Positions 26,120 to 40,300 are shown, counted from the stretch's first letter. The stretch: 64,000 nucleotides of DNA from Paraspadella gotoi (GCA_051294375.1 CM119266.1:15555405-15619404), one strand, 5' to 3'. Notes: generated from the sequence alone by a model not told the origin. Translations and numbers: made by a program.

Positions 26120-29100
26120 TTGATGAGAATTTAATGAGAATAAATAAAGAGAGAAGCCGGCGAAACTAGTAGTAAATAGAGAATCATACGCGGCGGGCTT
26201 CATCGGGTTTAACTGGATTTTAAAAATAGAAAGTTTAATCGAAATGTCTTGTTCTTTTTAAATTAATTTTTCTTTTTTTTTCTGACGATATAACGCGGGG
26301 TCTTTCATTTCATAGCAGCAGAGTATCTTGCCTCCGCTGGTTTCTGAACGAAACCGCGCGTGACTCCCACTTTCCCCAAAAGTTTTCACCTTCTTTCTCT
26401 CTCTCTCTTTCTCACTTCTCACCCGCGACTAATGTTGTAAGCGGCTCGTTTAAAAAGTTCTTTAAATAATAAATGATCCTTTCTCGACCCTTTTTTTCAT
26501 TTTCTCTCCCTCCGACCCCCATTTCTCTCTCATTTTTGGCCACAAAATCTCCCATTTGCCTTTTGTTTATCCGCCCGTTCGGCTTTCATCGCGCCCTCTT
26601 CCCTTTTTATTTACCTCCAGTCCGCGTCGTCGTGGATCGATGCCAAAATTCCATCATCGCCGAGAATCAAGCGGCACACAGCTCGGTGGAGGACAGAAGC
26701 ACTTGCGAGAAGGAGAACGTCATCAGGGGAGAGGTTCGTTTAAGCAATTAATTAATTAATCAATCAATCAATAAATCGATCGAGCTATTTATCACCTAAT
26801 ATATTAGTTAATAAATTGAATTAAACAGATATTCATTCAATCAAGCAATCATTCGCTGTTTTTTTATATTAATTTGTATTTAATTATTGTAGTCACACTT
26901 TCTCAACGTCAACACTCCCCTGCAACTCGGGGGTGTCTCCAAGCGAAAGTTCTCCAGCCCGGGCAATCCCAACCCGGATTTCAAAGGATGCATCAAAAAC
27001 CTCGTCCACAACGGAGTCGTAAGTGTCTATCATTCATTATTTCCATATTTTTTTCCCTTTGTTTGTTTGTTTTTGTTTATTTCATAATTCACACACCCTT
27101 CCTCTCCCCTTAAGATGTACGATCTGGAGGTGGGCGCTAACGGGGAGTCCAAGCGCGCCTATCCTGGATGCTCCGAGTTGGACAAAATGTGCGGCCATTC
27201 TTCGCGCGGGGGACCCAAGTGCGTCCACGGGAAATGCATCGCCAGCCTCACGCAAGGATTCATCGGCTGCAACTGCGATCCCATGTGGGGCGGGCGGAGA
27301 TGCAATAAAAGTAAGGCGAAATGGATATTGTTGTAGTTATTAAGCAAAACAGCATTAACAATTAAAATAGTCAAAAAGAGATAAATGAAAGAAGAAACTA
27401 ATGAATAAAAGAACGAATGAACCAATGAATGAATAGATAAAAAATGACTTAATCAAAATGAATGAATTAACCAATAAAAGAATAAATGAAATAAATGAAG
27501 CAATGAATGAATTTTTGTATCTCGCTCCCAGGAACGCCGATCAAGTCATTCGAGAAGGAGTCGTTCATCCAGTATCGCCTCCTCGACGCCGTCTTCGATC
27601 ATCTCTCCCTTCGTCGAGGCAGCATCTCCTTGTCCTTCAGGACGAGAGACACGGAGGGCTTCATCTTCTCCGCCACCACTTCCAACACCGTCGAATACAC
27701 CATCCTGGAGGTGAGTTCTGGTTCAGGTCGGCGTTGAAGTTGGAGGAGATTTAAATTGAGGAGTTAAATTTAAAAAAAAAAGGCACTAGGGTTTTGAATA
27801 TTTAATTTTCAGACAAACTTTAAGTACAAACAACTCCATACTTTAAAATGGATGTATTGTGGACGCAACAAGTATTCAATTTTAAATTAATTTTCTTATT
27901 TTCAAACATTGTGAAACGTAGAAAGTCATTATTTAAATTTAGAAACTTAATACAAAGGGCCAAATAAAGCGGTCGAACCATGTACACGCATCTTTTAAAT
28001 TTTTTTTTTTTGGATAAAAAATAAAAAGATTTTGATCGTTGAATTAAAAATAAATGCTTATCACTCACAATCTTCAAAATCAATTCCCCCCGTAGATCGT
28101 GGACAAGCGCATTCAGTTCCGCTACAACCTCGGCTACCGCGAGAACGTCCTCCGCCTCTCCGAGATCGAGGTCAACGACGGCCAGTGGCACCACGTCGTC
28201 GTCGAGCGGTTCGGGAAGGAAGTGGCCATCATGCTCGACGGCGGAGAGGGCGCCGGCTACAACTACACTTTCGGCGATATCATGGTGCGTAAGATAGGAT
28301 GGGAACCGTAGGGTTGGGGACTGAGTGCGTTTGCGAAATTTTAGGAGCACTTTTTGTGGACATTGATTAACAAGTTACCCTACGGAGCAACTCTTACAAT
28401 TTTACATGAAAATTACCTAATGCGTCTTTGTTAATCTATTTAAACAGTTTTAACAACCTCAAAAGCAGCCCTAAAATCAGTCTCCCGTTCAGAAAAAAAA
28501 ATAGAAAAAAATTAGACCCAGTTTAGCTAAATTTGTGTAAATGATTCGATCCATCAGCCCGTTTTCTGATCCCCCTTTTTTTAGGGTCACAGGGAAATCG
28601 GTCTGAGCAGAGACCAAGTCTTCGTCGGAGCCAAAGTTGATCCCACCGGGGCTGGGACCTACGTCATCAGCAAAGATCTCGAAAACAGTCAGTTGGGGGC
28701 GGCGGGGGAAAGGGTTCTTAAGAGGGCAGTGGGTGGGAAATTGGAAGTTGAAAAACTGCTTTGGAAAAACATTTCAGGGACACATAATATTTTTCTCTTA
28801 ACGAAACAAAAAAATAAAAACAAAAACAAAAACAAAGAAAAGAAAAAAAAACTGGAAAAAGAAAAAAATCCTTTCTCAACACAATAGTCACTTTTATCTG
28901 CTTTCTTCACAGGCTGCATGACCGACATTCGCGTGGACAACAAGGTGCTGCCCATGGACGGCCTGGAAGACTCACAGCACGCCATGATCATCCTCACGGA
29001 AAACGTGATCGCCGACTGTCCCTCTTCCGCCTGTCAGCACTTTCGCGCCTGTCCTTCAGGGCAAAAGTGCGTCGATCTCTGGCGCCTGGCCGAGTGCCGA

Positions 29101-29351
29101 TGTCCGCACGGCAATATCAAAGTAAGGAGAGGGGTGAAGAGGTGAAATGAGTGGTAGGACAAATGACAAGAAAATATAAACAGAGAGATGATGATAAAAT
29201 ATTGCTAAAAACGCCCGGGATGAGGAGAAACAGCCATTAGGGCGATCCTTTTTTTACGGGCCCTCCTTGGGGTCTTCCCGCTTAACTTTATGCTTATAAA
29301 CTATCGATTTGTAAAAGTACCAAAGACAAAGTAATTTTAATTAAGACCAAG

Positions 29352-29398
<47 letters not shown>

Positions 29399-31564
29399 GA
29401 GAGAGAGAGAGAAAGAGAAAACTAAAAAAGAAAGAAAAAAGAAAAAAAGAAAGAAAAAAGAAGAAAAGAAAAAAAGAAAGAAAGAAAGAAAGAAGAAAGA
29501 AAGACAGAAAGAAAGTTCTACTAATTTGAAGAAAATAGGAAAGCGGGAAAAAGAAGAAAGACACGCGTTTTATGTCAGAACGATGCAAGAGAAGGTGGAA
29601 AGAAGCCTTTCTCCTTTTCTTTCACCCCTCCGTTCGGAATTGATTAAATTTGAATTATGTAAAGAATTCAATTATTCTTGTTCGAGTTAAAATTAATTTA
29701 ATATTTTTTCGTTAGAGGAAGCGTTGGAAAAGGAGAAAAAACTTAAGAGAAGAAAGAAATATAAGAACAGATGGCGCTGTTGAATATGCCGAGTTCGGCC
29801 GAGTTTATTTTTGTCAACGAAGATGCAAAGGAACCTATTCGATTTCCTCTTGGGACGTCGTTTGCACCAACGACGTTTCGGTCGATTGACTTCTTCTTTG
29901 CGTTCGACGACCGCATCTCACCCGACACCTCCCTCCCACAACTTCCCCCTCCTCGCCTCTCCCCCCCTCCCGCGACAGGACCCCAAGGACCCAACGAAGT
30001 GCCTCTACATGGGCCCCTGCATCTCCAACCCTTGCCAAAACGGCGCCACCTGCCAAAACGTTGGCGTCGACTTCAAGTGCAAATGTCACGAAGGCTTCAG
30101 GGGCAAAATGTGCCACGTTCAAGTGTGTGAAATCTTTTTTCTTTTTTTAAATTCTTTTCCCTTTGATTTTTTGTTTTCCTTAATTTCAATTAAATTTATC
30201 TCTCAATTTTTCTTCGCAGATTTTACCGGCCGCGGCGGTTCTTTCATCAGAAGCTCTAGTTGCAATACTCATATGCATCCTCATATTATTAGGTGATTTT
30301 TTGTGTATTGATTCATTGATTCATTTATTGATTAAATGGTTCCATACTATTATTTTTTTGTTTATTTAGAGAAAAAAAGTTTCATTCGTCACAAACAAAG
30401 ATTTGATATACAATATTAGCGTACTTGTTTCGACTCTTATTTTGTCGAGTCTTCATCAGCGCAAAGTTTTTTTTATTATTTAAATATCGATTTACTAATT
30501 ATTTGACTCTTAATTAAAATCCCCCACACCCCAGTCCTCGTGCTGGCCTTCATCGTCTACACCAGAAGGAGGGAGAGACGCAGGAAGGAAATGGCGATAT
30601 TTCCTCCGGACGACGACATCAGAGAGAACATCATGGCGTACGACGAAGAGGGTCCCGGCGAAGAGGACCAGGACGCCTACGACATCACGCGCCTGCGCAA
30701 ACCCATCGGGAGCCACGCACGCGGCGAGGTTATGCCCCTCGGCTTCGTCGGGCATCCGTCCGCCCACCACATCAGCGGGCACCACACTCTGGATCCCCGG
30801 ATGGGACTTGCCGGTATGTTAGAGGTGTTTTAGAGGTGAAAACTTAAAATTTGTTTTGTTTGTTATATNNNNNNNNNNGGAAAAGTAAGTTCTCCATTGA
30901 TTGTTATGAGTTTTTGACCGACGTCAACTTCAGCTTTCAAACCTCTTNNNNNNNNNNNNNNNNNNNNNNNNNNNNNNNNNNNNNNNNNNNNNNNNNNNNN
31001 NNNNNNNNNNNNNNNNNNNNNNNNNNNNNNNNNNNNNNNNNNNNNNNNNNNNNNNNNNNNNNNNNNNNNNNNNNNNNNNNNNNNNNNNNNNNNNNNNNNN
31101 NNNNNNNNNNNNNNNNNNNNNNNNNNNNNNNNNNNNNNNNNNNNNNNNNNNNNNNNNNNNNNNNNNNNNNNNNNNNNNNNNNNNNNNNNNNNNNNNNNNN
31201 NNNNNNNNCGCCGCCGCACGATTGTCTGCACGACTTTGCCTTCGAGGTTGGAATTGGAGGAGAAGGATTGGTTTGGGCGAGAAGGCATCTTTCTAAAATA
31301 CTTCATGATAATATATTAATTAATTTATTAATTATATTGAAAGGATTGAACTAAACATTATTAAAAACTATTTCTTTCTCACGACATTACGATCTTAATC
31401 ATCCCAATCATACTTTTCTCTCTTTTCCTTTCTTTTCTTTTCTTTTCTTTTCTTTTCTTTTCTTTTCTTTTCTTTTCTTTTCTTTTCTTTTCTTTTCTTT
31501 TCTTTTCTTTTCTTTCGTCTCCTCTCTACAAACCCCAGGGTAACGGATCGATAGCGGGTTCTCT
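5628..31564 (+). CDS. CadN: Type III (non-chordate) classical cadherin, N-cadherin-like; 5' exons not seen in window, 3' end lost in N gap
   Basis: Phase-consistent GT-AG exons: 5628-5716, 6577-6732, 8125-8244, 8639-8758, 9132-9325, 10170-10285, 10379-10485, 10699-10909, 12251-12457, 12529-12659, 12976-13143, 13270-13372, 13461-13528, 16510-16611, 17522-17666, 17960-18108, 18197-18277, 18364-18524, 18932-19065, 19144-19231, 19344-19507, 19842-20048, 20121-20256, 20334-20512, 22173-22265, 22702-22781, 23138-23438 (1-nt frameshift near 23361), 24037-24167, 24354-24542, 24939-25096, 26621-26733, 26893-27018, 27115-27310, 27532-27710, 28096-28284, 28585-28687, 28913-29121, 29979-30122, 30220-30292, 30535-30813, <31209-31246, 31539->31564. 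Cadherin motifs DxNDNxP and LDYE/LDRE. Segments recalled as DN-cadherin-like: EEENRNLPKK, LDRDPPNGRPIW, DLDDWDIDDK, NSGSMRI. EGF/LamG domains, TM helix, cytoplasmic DDIRENIMAYDEEGPGEEDQDAYDIT and PPHDCLHDFAFEGNGSIAGSL. Confidence 0.95.
8286..8473. mobile_element. MITE-like element: perfect 19-bp inverted repeats enclosing (CCCTAA)-like repeats, in a cadherin intron
   Basis: TTTCGCCGACCGCGGTTAT (8286-8304) and ATAACCGCGGTCGGCGAAA (8455-8473) are exact reverse complements. The interior contains taaccctaaccctaaac..ttaaccctaaccc. Confidence 0.65.
11627..11726. repeat. (CT)n microsatellite; representative of many (CT/GA)n tracts (e.g. 737-790, 3400-3460, 13536-13622, 15053-15157, 15474-15570, 26028-26116, 36465-36546, 44731-44822, 48025-48114, 51773-51850, 53394-53488, 54505-54610, 63889-63946)
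   Basis: Directly visible dinucleotide runs. Confidence 0.95.
16150..16259 (+). mobile_element. Probable 3' end of a non-autonomous Helentron/DINE-1-like (HINE) element
   Basis: (GACA/GACC/GACG) tetranucleotide run, then a perfect 16-bp palindrome CCGCGAGTACTCGCGG (16232-16247) and an A-run. This matches the usual HINE layout; the 5' end was not identified. Confidence 0.45.
17052..17153 (-). repeat. Dispersed repeat, copy A (inverted relative to the copy at 61450-61610)
   Basis: TGCCCCTGACTTTGG..CTTTGGTGGTTT.AGGCCTCCATCACTCTTACAAGATAAT..CAGGTCCC.GCAAGCTTTCAATCAAGACTCTCTC matches the reverse complement of ~61450-61550 with few mismatches. Confidence 0.85.
19560..19673. repeat. (TTCC)n microsatellite in a cadherin intron
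   Basis: Directly visible. Confidence 0.9.
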
Positions 31565-32625
31565 NNNNNNNNNNNNNNNNNNNNNNNNNNNNNNNNNNNN
31601 NNNNNNNNNNNNNNNNNNNNNNNNNNNNNNNNNNNNNNNNNNNNNNNNNNNNNNNNNNNNNNNNNNNNNNNNNNNNNNNNNNNNNNNNNNNNNNNNNNNN
31701 NNNNNNNNNNNNNNNNNNNNNNNNNNNNNNNNNNNNNNNNNNNNNNNNNNNNNNNNNNNNNNNNNNNNNNNNNNNNNNNNNNNNNNNNNNNNNNNNNNNN
31801 NNNNNNNNNNNNNNNNNNNNNNNNNNNNNNNNNNNNNNNNNNNNNNNNNNNNNNNNNNNNNNNNNNNNNNNNNNNNNNNNNNNNNNNNNNNNNNNNNNNN
31901 NNNNNNNNNNNNNNNNNNNNNNNNNNNNNNNNNCGTCTCTTCGCCGTAGGGCGAAACCACAGAAAGAGAGAGACGATTAGAGGAACGGGGAGGGCCTTTC
32001 GCTCAAAGGCGCCCCGATGGCGCCGACTCAGNNNNNNNNNNNNNNNNNNNNNNNNNNNNNNNNNNNNNNNNNNNNNNNNNNNNNNNNNNNNNNNNNNNNN
32101 NNNNNNNNNNNNNNNNNNNNNNNNNNNNNNNNNNNNNNNNNNNNNNNNNNNNNNNNNNNNNNNNNNNNNNNNNNNNNNNNNNNNNNNNNNNNNNNNNNNN
32201 NNNNNNNNNNNNNNNNNNNNNNNNNNNNNNNNNNNNNNNNNNNNNNNNNNNNNNNNNNNNNNNNNNNNNNNNNNNNNNNNNNNNNNNNNNNNNNNNNNNN
32301 NNNNNNNNNNNNNNNNNNNNNNNNNNNNNNNNNNNNNNNNNNNNNNNNNNNNNNNNNNNNNNNNNNNNNNNNNNNNNNNNNNNNNNNNNNNNNNNNNNNN
32401 NNNNNNNNNNNNNNNNNNNNNNNNNNNNNNNNNNNNNNNNNNNNNNNNNNNNNNNNNNNNNNNNNNNNNNNNNNNNNNNNNNNNNNNNNNNNNNNNNNNN
32501 NNNNNNNNNNNNNNNNNNNNNNNNNNNNNNNNNNNNNNNNNNNNNNNNNNNNNNNNNNNNNNNNNNNNNNNNNNNNNNNNNNNNNNNNNNNNNNNNNNNN
32601 NNNNNNNNNNNNNNNNNNNNNNNNN
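30869..32625. other. Assembly gaps (N runs at 30869-30878, 30948-31208, 31565-31933, 32032-32625) overlapping the cadherin cytoplasmic exons and stop; a further gap lies at 55309-55348
   Basis: N characters in the sequence. Confidence 0.99.
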
Positions 32626-35600
32626 AGAGAAGGAGATTTACAGTGAAATATTGTCGAGGATGGTAATGACATAGAATAAACGCTTCGTTGGGTTCATTTT
32701 CGGATTGATAAACCATAGTAAGAGCACAACCCCTTCCTAGTTCATTTTAATGTCATTAGAGATTAGCATAGCCGCCTCTGTCCCCCCACACCAACTAAAG
32801 AAGTAATAGATGTAAACCTATCATCATATATACTTGTACTACTTTATCTTGGTAATTAAAGTTTCTCTTTGAAGTTAGATGCATTATTTCTTTTTTTTTT
32901 CCCTTTAAATCCGTCCGCCCTTCCGGTCGCTGGTCGAACCCTTAACCCACAGAAGTTCGCTTCAACCTCAACCGACTCTGAGATCTGAGACCGAGGCAAC
33001 CGCCCCTCTCTCCCAGTCCCTTACCGCCCGTTCCCTTAGAGATCTCTTGATATGAAAATGAACCTCATAAACGGTAAAAAAAATATTTGTCATTTTTAAC
33101 GCAAAGCGCGGGGAAAAAAACTTTGAGTCGGAATTTAGTTACCCTTTGACCTCTTGTCTTAGGGGCTTTGGGTCTTAGGGTCAAGAGGAGTAGTAGCTTA
33201 ATACTTTTTTTTAATACGCCGCTTTATTTAAATTTCTTTTTTTGCTCGTCTTTTGCTCGATTCAACGATCTCCAAAACTCTGCACCAAATTCGCTTCAAG
33301 CTTTATTTCACTTGCTTTATTTTTTCACGTTTCGTGGCGCTGCACTCAAGATAGATTAATTATTAAATTATTTAAACGGCTAAAATTGAAACTCATGATT
33401 TGAATGTGAAACTGTGCTTTTTGAGTATAAAACGTTTGCGCATCACACTAGACGCTAATTTTATAAATTTTATAAAACTTTCCTAAAGATTCAAGTAATT
33501 CTGTACAGGAGGATATATGAGAGACGCATCCGTACAATTGTCTCATGTGCTTAACAATGAGGAGCACTGACGCGAAAATCACGCTTATATCGCTATTCAA
33601 AGAAGAATCTATGGCACCTATCTTAGAAAATAATAAGCTATGAGACTCTTAACCATCCATTTCGAATTTTTCTTTTAGCCCCGTCTTACTATCTGTCTCT
33701 CTCTCTCTCTCTCCTTCCCTCCCTTTTTTTCATTTTTGTTTTAACCGAAACTCAACGAAGGATGCGGATTATTACGTAATTCGTGATGCGCCAGCGCCAT
33801 CTGCGTCAGGAAAGGCAAAAAAAGAAAAGGAAACCGAAAGGAAAAAGCGCGAGTCGAATTTGGGGCGGAATCGTCGAACAAAAGCGCCCTCTACTCCCCC
33901 CCTTTGTTTTTTAACCGGGACGACCCCGCAATCTCTCTTGTTTTCTCGTCAGAGTCCACATTTTTGCATATCATTGTGTTTAAAATCTTCTTTTTTTTAT
34001 TGTCGATCTTATGTTGATACAAACAATAGGTTCTGTTTATTATTGTTTTTTGTTTGTATTTGAAAACAAACGAGCAAACGGAGGTTTTACGAATGAAATA
34101 TTCCAATCAAGTTGTTTTTTTTTTACGTCGTATCTTTTTTAATATTAATTATTTATCGAAAGTCCTTCACGTTCGACAAAAAATTCCTTTTATTTTTCCT
34201 ATTTTTTTAAAAAATGAACGTGGAAAATGTCCATTTAAAATTAAATTCACAACCGCTACTCACAGTTTAAAACGACAGAATTCATAAATTTGAATTATTT
34301 TAAAATACGATTGGACCGTTTGTCTTTTGTTGCCGAATTCAATCGATTAGATTCGATGTTCATTAAATATACGCATTGTATCTCGCTTAACGTGTGATCT
34401 GTATATACGACTACTAATACTTAGAATGTTGCATTCCACACTTTTTGCAGTACACTAATTCCCAAAGAACGGAGGCGTTCTATGAGTTACGGTGAGAGGT
34501 GTGATATGGATTTTTAAAAAAAAAGAAAATATTACCCGAATATTTCCGAAGATAATGGAAAAGAAATGTCGACTACAATTTTTTTTTTGTTTTTGCATGA
34601 TGGAAGCGACTTCATTTTCGCTCGTTCGCCGAATCGAAAAGAGAAAATAGATTAAGAGCGAACTCCCCCACAAAGCAATCACTAAACACAAAAGAATCTA
34701 TCATGCTTGGTTGTACATTAAGATTGTATCGTGTTTCCTTGAACAAAAAAAAACGTCCGTTTTTATCCGCACCCTCGTTCCTGTTTGTGAAAATATCAAT
34801 GCAACCGAGGTCCGGTACCCACATCCGGGTACATCCCCCTCCCCTCTTCTCTTTTTTCCTCTCCGATCGATCTCTCCCTACCTCTATCCCCTTGCCCCTT
34901 TTTCCCAACCCGACCTCTCTCACCCACTTGCCGGCAACAGCGCAGATGGAAATTTGCATTTGCAACGAGACATCATCGCGAAATAATTTATTGATTGCGA
35001 TGAAACAACAAAATGCAAGAGGCACATCGCGCTGACTGCAGATCGACGCTTGATTGTATCTCTTCTCATTGCACTCAAGCTTTATTACACCCGACGATTC
35101 TCTCTTAACGTTTCCACCGTTCCCATTCTCTCTCTCTCTCTCTCTCTCATCTCTCTCTCAGAGTCTCTGCATCATCTCTCTCTCTCATCTCTCTCTCTGC
35201 TCCTCTCTCATCTCCTCTCTCTCTCTCTCATTCTCTCTCACGGGCCTCTCGGGTTTATGGTCAATAAGCGCAAGCAACGATCACGCTCGCACGAACGCAC
35301 ATCGTTTTTATTTCGCTTATTTAGATTCGCGTAAAAGAAAACCAAATTTTGTACGCATCATAAGTACGACCAAACGTCGCTTTCGTAAGTTATTTTAATA
35401 CAACTGTTTCGTTGTTTTCTTTTATTTTAATTTTCTAACAGAACGGTAGTTTGAGTGTATTATATTTATCAATACAATGACTCCGTCTCTCGTTTCTTAA
35501 AAAAAAGGAATTTATACACTGCGTTTTATTCATCAATTTCCCCTGATTCGGTTTTCATCGCCGAACTAAACTTGCTTCCGCGCGCGCCCCTCCCTCCCTG

Positions 35601-36463
35601 TCTCGACTCCATCTCCACCCGTAATCCATTATGGCCGATAACGCATTAAGTGTAAATGTATATATTCACCGTCCGTTTGCTTTAATCGACTTTTTTTTTT
35701 CCGTTATATTAAAAACTCGTACAGTTACGTTGTTAAAACTCGGTTTCATTTGTCATTTTCTTTTTTATCTTCTTAACAATGGTAAAAAAAAAAACAGCAC
35801 TGTCATGCGATAACATTTTAGATTTAATTTCCGCTTCACCATTAATTTATATTATTTTATTGCCAGTGACAAACGTGCTTGTGCTTGTTATCAACGCATT
35901 GTAATTGATGCAACGAGTAATTTTTATCTTACATGTTTTATTTCGCCTCATCAAGCTGCAGCATTTAATCGCGAAAAGAAACCCAGCGATCGAATCGAAG
36001 CAGAACGACGTAGACTTCGATCGTTAGTCCTTTGTTTTGTCCGCTCCGTTTCCGCGCTATGCGCTGCCATTACGTCGTTTTGATTCTTTGTAAGCTATTT
36101 CTCTCTTTGCGTATATTTTATTGAATATTCTTACCATCATTATAGTTACCACGTTATGTTGGTATGTGTTTATACCTGGGGCCCTCAAAAAGTCAACATT
36201 GAATCTGTAATAAAATCTCAAGCTCTGTATGAACATCGCGGTTTATTTCAAAAAGGGAAAAAAAACTATTATAGACAGACAGAGAGATAAACATATATTT
36301 AATTTTTTGTTTTGTTTAGAAGTAAATAAAAAAGAAGCTGAAAAAAATAATGGAGGCTGATACAAAATTAATTAGTTATAAGTCATAAATGGTTATTCTA
36401 GACTCTAGAGTCATCATATTATTTAATTTATGAACGAGTAAGACGACTGATTTAAATCTTAAA

Positions 36464-36546
<83 letters not shown>

Positions 36547-37383
36547 CAGACAGAGAAAAGAAAAAAGAAAATGGGAAAAAAACAACCGTGTGCTCGAATT
36601 TCAAATCCAGGTTCAAACCTGGCCTTCCGCAAAAAAAACCAGCATCATCAGAGGACCCCCTGATTTTTCTATCGATCTCCGGTTCCTAGTTATTCCTCTT
36701 TAATTTCCGCTTAAATCGAGGATGGAATTCCCGTTTCCAAAAACATCAGAACAACAAGGAACAATCGAATTTATAACACGGAAAGTCCCAGAAAAAGTAA
36801 ATGATGTAATCGGGAGAAGGGGAGGAAATTAATTAAGCGCGACGGTCGAACCTGTTGCCCCTGAGCCAGCCAATAGGAGTTTTTCGTCACGAACGTTATA
36901 CTTGACAAATCAGAGAACGAGAAGCCCCTCTCGGCCAATCAGGTTTGTCTTTAATCGATGGGCAACTGACGTCTTCGGGGTGGCGCTCCGGCCGGAGTCG
37001 AGAGGCAGGTCTCGTGACCAAATCAGCGTCAGTAGGTGGTCATGAAAGCCTTGAGTTAATCTTTGGTCAATATTGCTATAAAGATTAAACAAGGCGTAAA
37101 ATAATTAGCTTTGTTAGATAACATATATTATATTATATATTATGAAATATTTAAGAAGGGTCCGGGAAAATAATTATAAGTTTTATGATCTTTTTAAAAA
37201 ATTCGTCATCAAACATATGATTTTTTGACTTATGAGACAGCTTAACCTTTTCATCTGTTTTGACATCAGAAAAAAATCAATACGAACCGAAAGGAAACCT
37301 TCATTTCAGTTCGAGCGGCTTAAGGAAAGAGGGACCAACATTTATTTAACCTACCCATTCTCAATATTTTAAATAAAAACAAA

Positions 37384-40300
37384 ATGTTTCTTCAATACTC
37401 AATAATTGCGGCGATTCTCCTCCCCTCGACGAGGATGGTCGACGCTTCCGAGTCGCGTCTCCAACCTGTCGTCAGCGGGTCATTAGACGTCGCGACCAAC
37501 TTCTTTGTCGATCTGTCGAGACGCTTCATCCTCGCCGTCGGCGCCCACGACCAGCTGGACAACTTGGATATTCCTACTTTGTCCAAAATGGAGGCGAGGT
37601 AATAATAGCAGGACTGGTGGCGGAAGTAAACCTTCTGAGGAAAAAAATCTAAAAAAAAGATAAACAAAATACGTAAGAAAAGAAGAAGTATAAAAAAAAA
37701 ATAGAAAAAAATTAAAAAAAGAAGAATGAAAAAATTTTAAGAGAAAAAGAAAGAGGAAAAAAAAGTTGAAAGGAAAAACGAAAATTTAAAAAGGAATTAG
37801 AGATTAGGACAAAGAAACGGAAATGGATTAGAAAAGGATTAGAGAATTTATTCTTAAACGAAATGAACAGAAAAATATTATCATCAAAAATAAAAGAAAA
37901 TCCTATATCAAACCAACTTGAGAAGCAATTAGAAGTTGTATCTAAATACAAAAATGAGTGAGGTGATGGACGGGTGCGATGGAAAAAACAATTTAACCTT
38001 TCCACATCCAATCCCAGCGCGATTCCCGTCTACTTGAGTACCAACTGGGATGAACTAATTCTCGTCAAAATCGGCGTCATCGTTTGCGTCATGGTCGGTA
38101 TCCTCTTCCTCGTCTTCGTCCCCTTTGTCGGTTTTATCTTCTGCTGCTGCCGTTGCTGCTGCGACAAATGCGGAGGTGCTGAGAAGCGGCCGAAGAAGCG
38201 GCTGGCCCGACGCCGCATCTGCCAGACTTTCCTCATGCTTTTCGTCCTCGTCACTCTGGCATGCCTGGCCTTTAGCTTCCTCTCCGCCTGGTATCTCAAT
38301 AAAAATTTGAAAACCGTCGTTTCTCCGAATGACAAAGACAATCTAGTCCTGGACGAGTTGAACCGGACATCCGCGTTGATCGGCCAAACGCTAGACGCCT
38401 TCGCCACCGACGCAACATCAGCGGTCAGCGGGATCGCCGCGGACATAGGCACGGAGATCATACGTTCCGGCGGGGACACGGCCGTCGCCGTGCGGACGAA
38501 ACTAACGAGTTCGACAATCGACGGCCTGTTGAGCCAGGGAGGCGCATCGCTGACCGGCTTTTTGGAAACTGGAAAGGACCTAGCGACGCTGGTCAACGTC
38601 ACCGCCGAATTGAAGGCGGACGACCTCGCCGTCGCCGTGGACGACCTGATGGTGACGCTCAACGACGCCGGATGCGCGACGGGAGACGCGGCGACGTTTT
38701 GTGCGCAAGTCAAGGCCGACGCCATCCTTTACGAAGCGGCGCTCAATAATGTGAGCGCAGTGTTGCCAGAAATTAATGCAAGCATCGACGCCGTCGACAA
38801 AACTGGCGCAACTGAGTTGGCGCGGGAAGCTGATGCCGCGAACAAAAAGATTAACGATGTCGCGACGATGGTCGAGAATGAGGTGAGTTTGGCATAAGTA
38901 AAAATCGAGTAATTTAATATAAGGCAAACATATAATGATGAAAAAACTATCAAAATAATATTTTCTTATCTCTCTCCCACTCAAGGTGAACAAAAAGAAC
39001 AAGACCCTCTCAGACCTCGCCACTAAATCCGAAGGCAACATCCAAAACAAAACGGACGATTTGATTAAGGACTTTCGAAAAACCACTAAAGCATTGGTCG
39101 ACGGAGCGGTGGATTACTTTTCCCTGCAGTCGCAGGACTCGTCATACATTGACAACATTACCGACTACTTCGACATGGCTATGTACTGCATGTTCGCTCT
39201 CGCTGGTCTCGCGGCTCTGCTTCAACTCTTGCTCGTTTTCGCGTGGTTGTGCGGCTGCTGCAGTCGAAATACCGGAGCCGGATGTAACTTAGCCTTCGTC
39301 GGGCTTTACTTCATCACTTGCGACCTTTTCATGGTCCTGGTTCTCATAGTGTATAATCGTGAGTTCTTTAAAGATACACAGTATCGATTAATTTAGTTTT
39401 TTTAATAATTTAAGTTTAAATATTTAAATTAGATATTTCATTTAATCTACATAGCCTGTCATCTATTCCTTCCCTCACAGCTCTCGCGGTCGTCTACACC
39501 GAAGGCTGCCACAGGATCCTCCACCCCAGCTCAACCCCCCACCCTTTATACGACAGTGTCTACAACGCGATCATCTCTCCCAACGGCTCTATCTCCTCTT
39601 CTCTCTATCAATGTAGTCTCGATGCCCCGATATCCCGCGTGCTCAGCGAGGCCGGCTTTGACGCGAACAAGCTCGTCGACGCCGAGGCCGTCAATTTAGA
39701 CGAGCTCATCCCCGATCTCAACGCCACCTTAAAAGACGTCAAGGGCGACGCCTCCGTCGCCGCCAAATCGCAGATCGACGGCTCCGTGGCTGTGATGGTC
39801 GCGGCGCTCTCCGGCGTCGAGAACAACACTTTGGAAGCCACGGCGACGGCGGCGTCTCGGGCGTTTTCTTCTTTCGACGAAGCCGCGAGAGGTCTTAACC
39901 TGAGCGTTCTGGCGAGCGCTTTAGAATCGGCGGCGGAGGGGGCGCAGAATGATTCAAAGACAGAACTGGCGACAAATTTGACTCGCGCGGCAACAGAGAT
40001 AACGAGATTGGCGAACGCGGATCACGTGAACGGCGTCGTCTTGACGGACGTCGCGCGAGCGGAGGCGTCTTTGACGAGATTGAAGATGGGGAAGACAATG
40101 GGTAAGGGCGTGCTTGAATCAAGCAATCAATCAATCAATCAATATACCGTAAAATTAATCATTCAAACTTTTAGTCAAATAATCTGCAAATATGTAAAGA
40201 AAGTAAATTAATCAAATTTACAAAAATTGTAAAATAGTAAAAAGGTGAAAACCATTTATAAAATTTCATAACAGCTACCAACGCCACCAGCATCATCGCC

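Noticed and set aside
30851-32716. Long ORFs composed of X residues
   Set aside because: Artefacts of N gaps.
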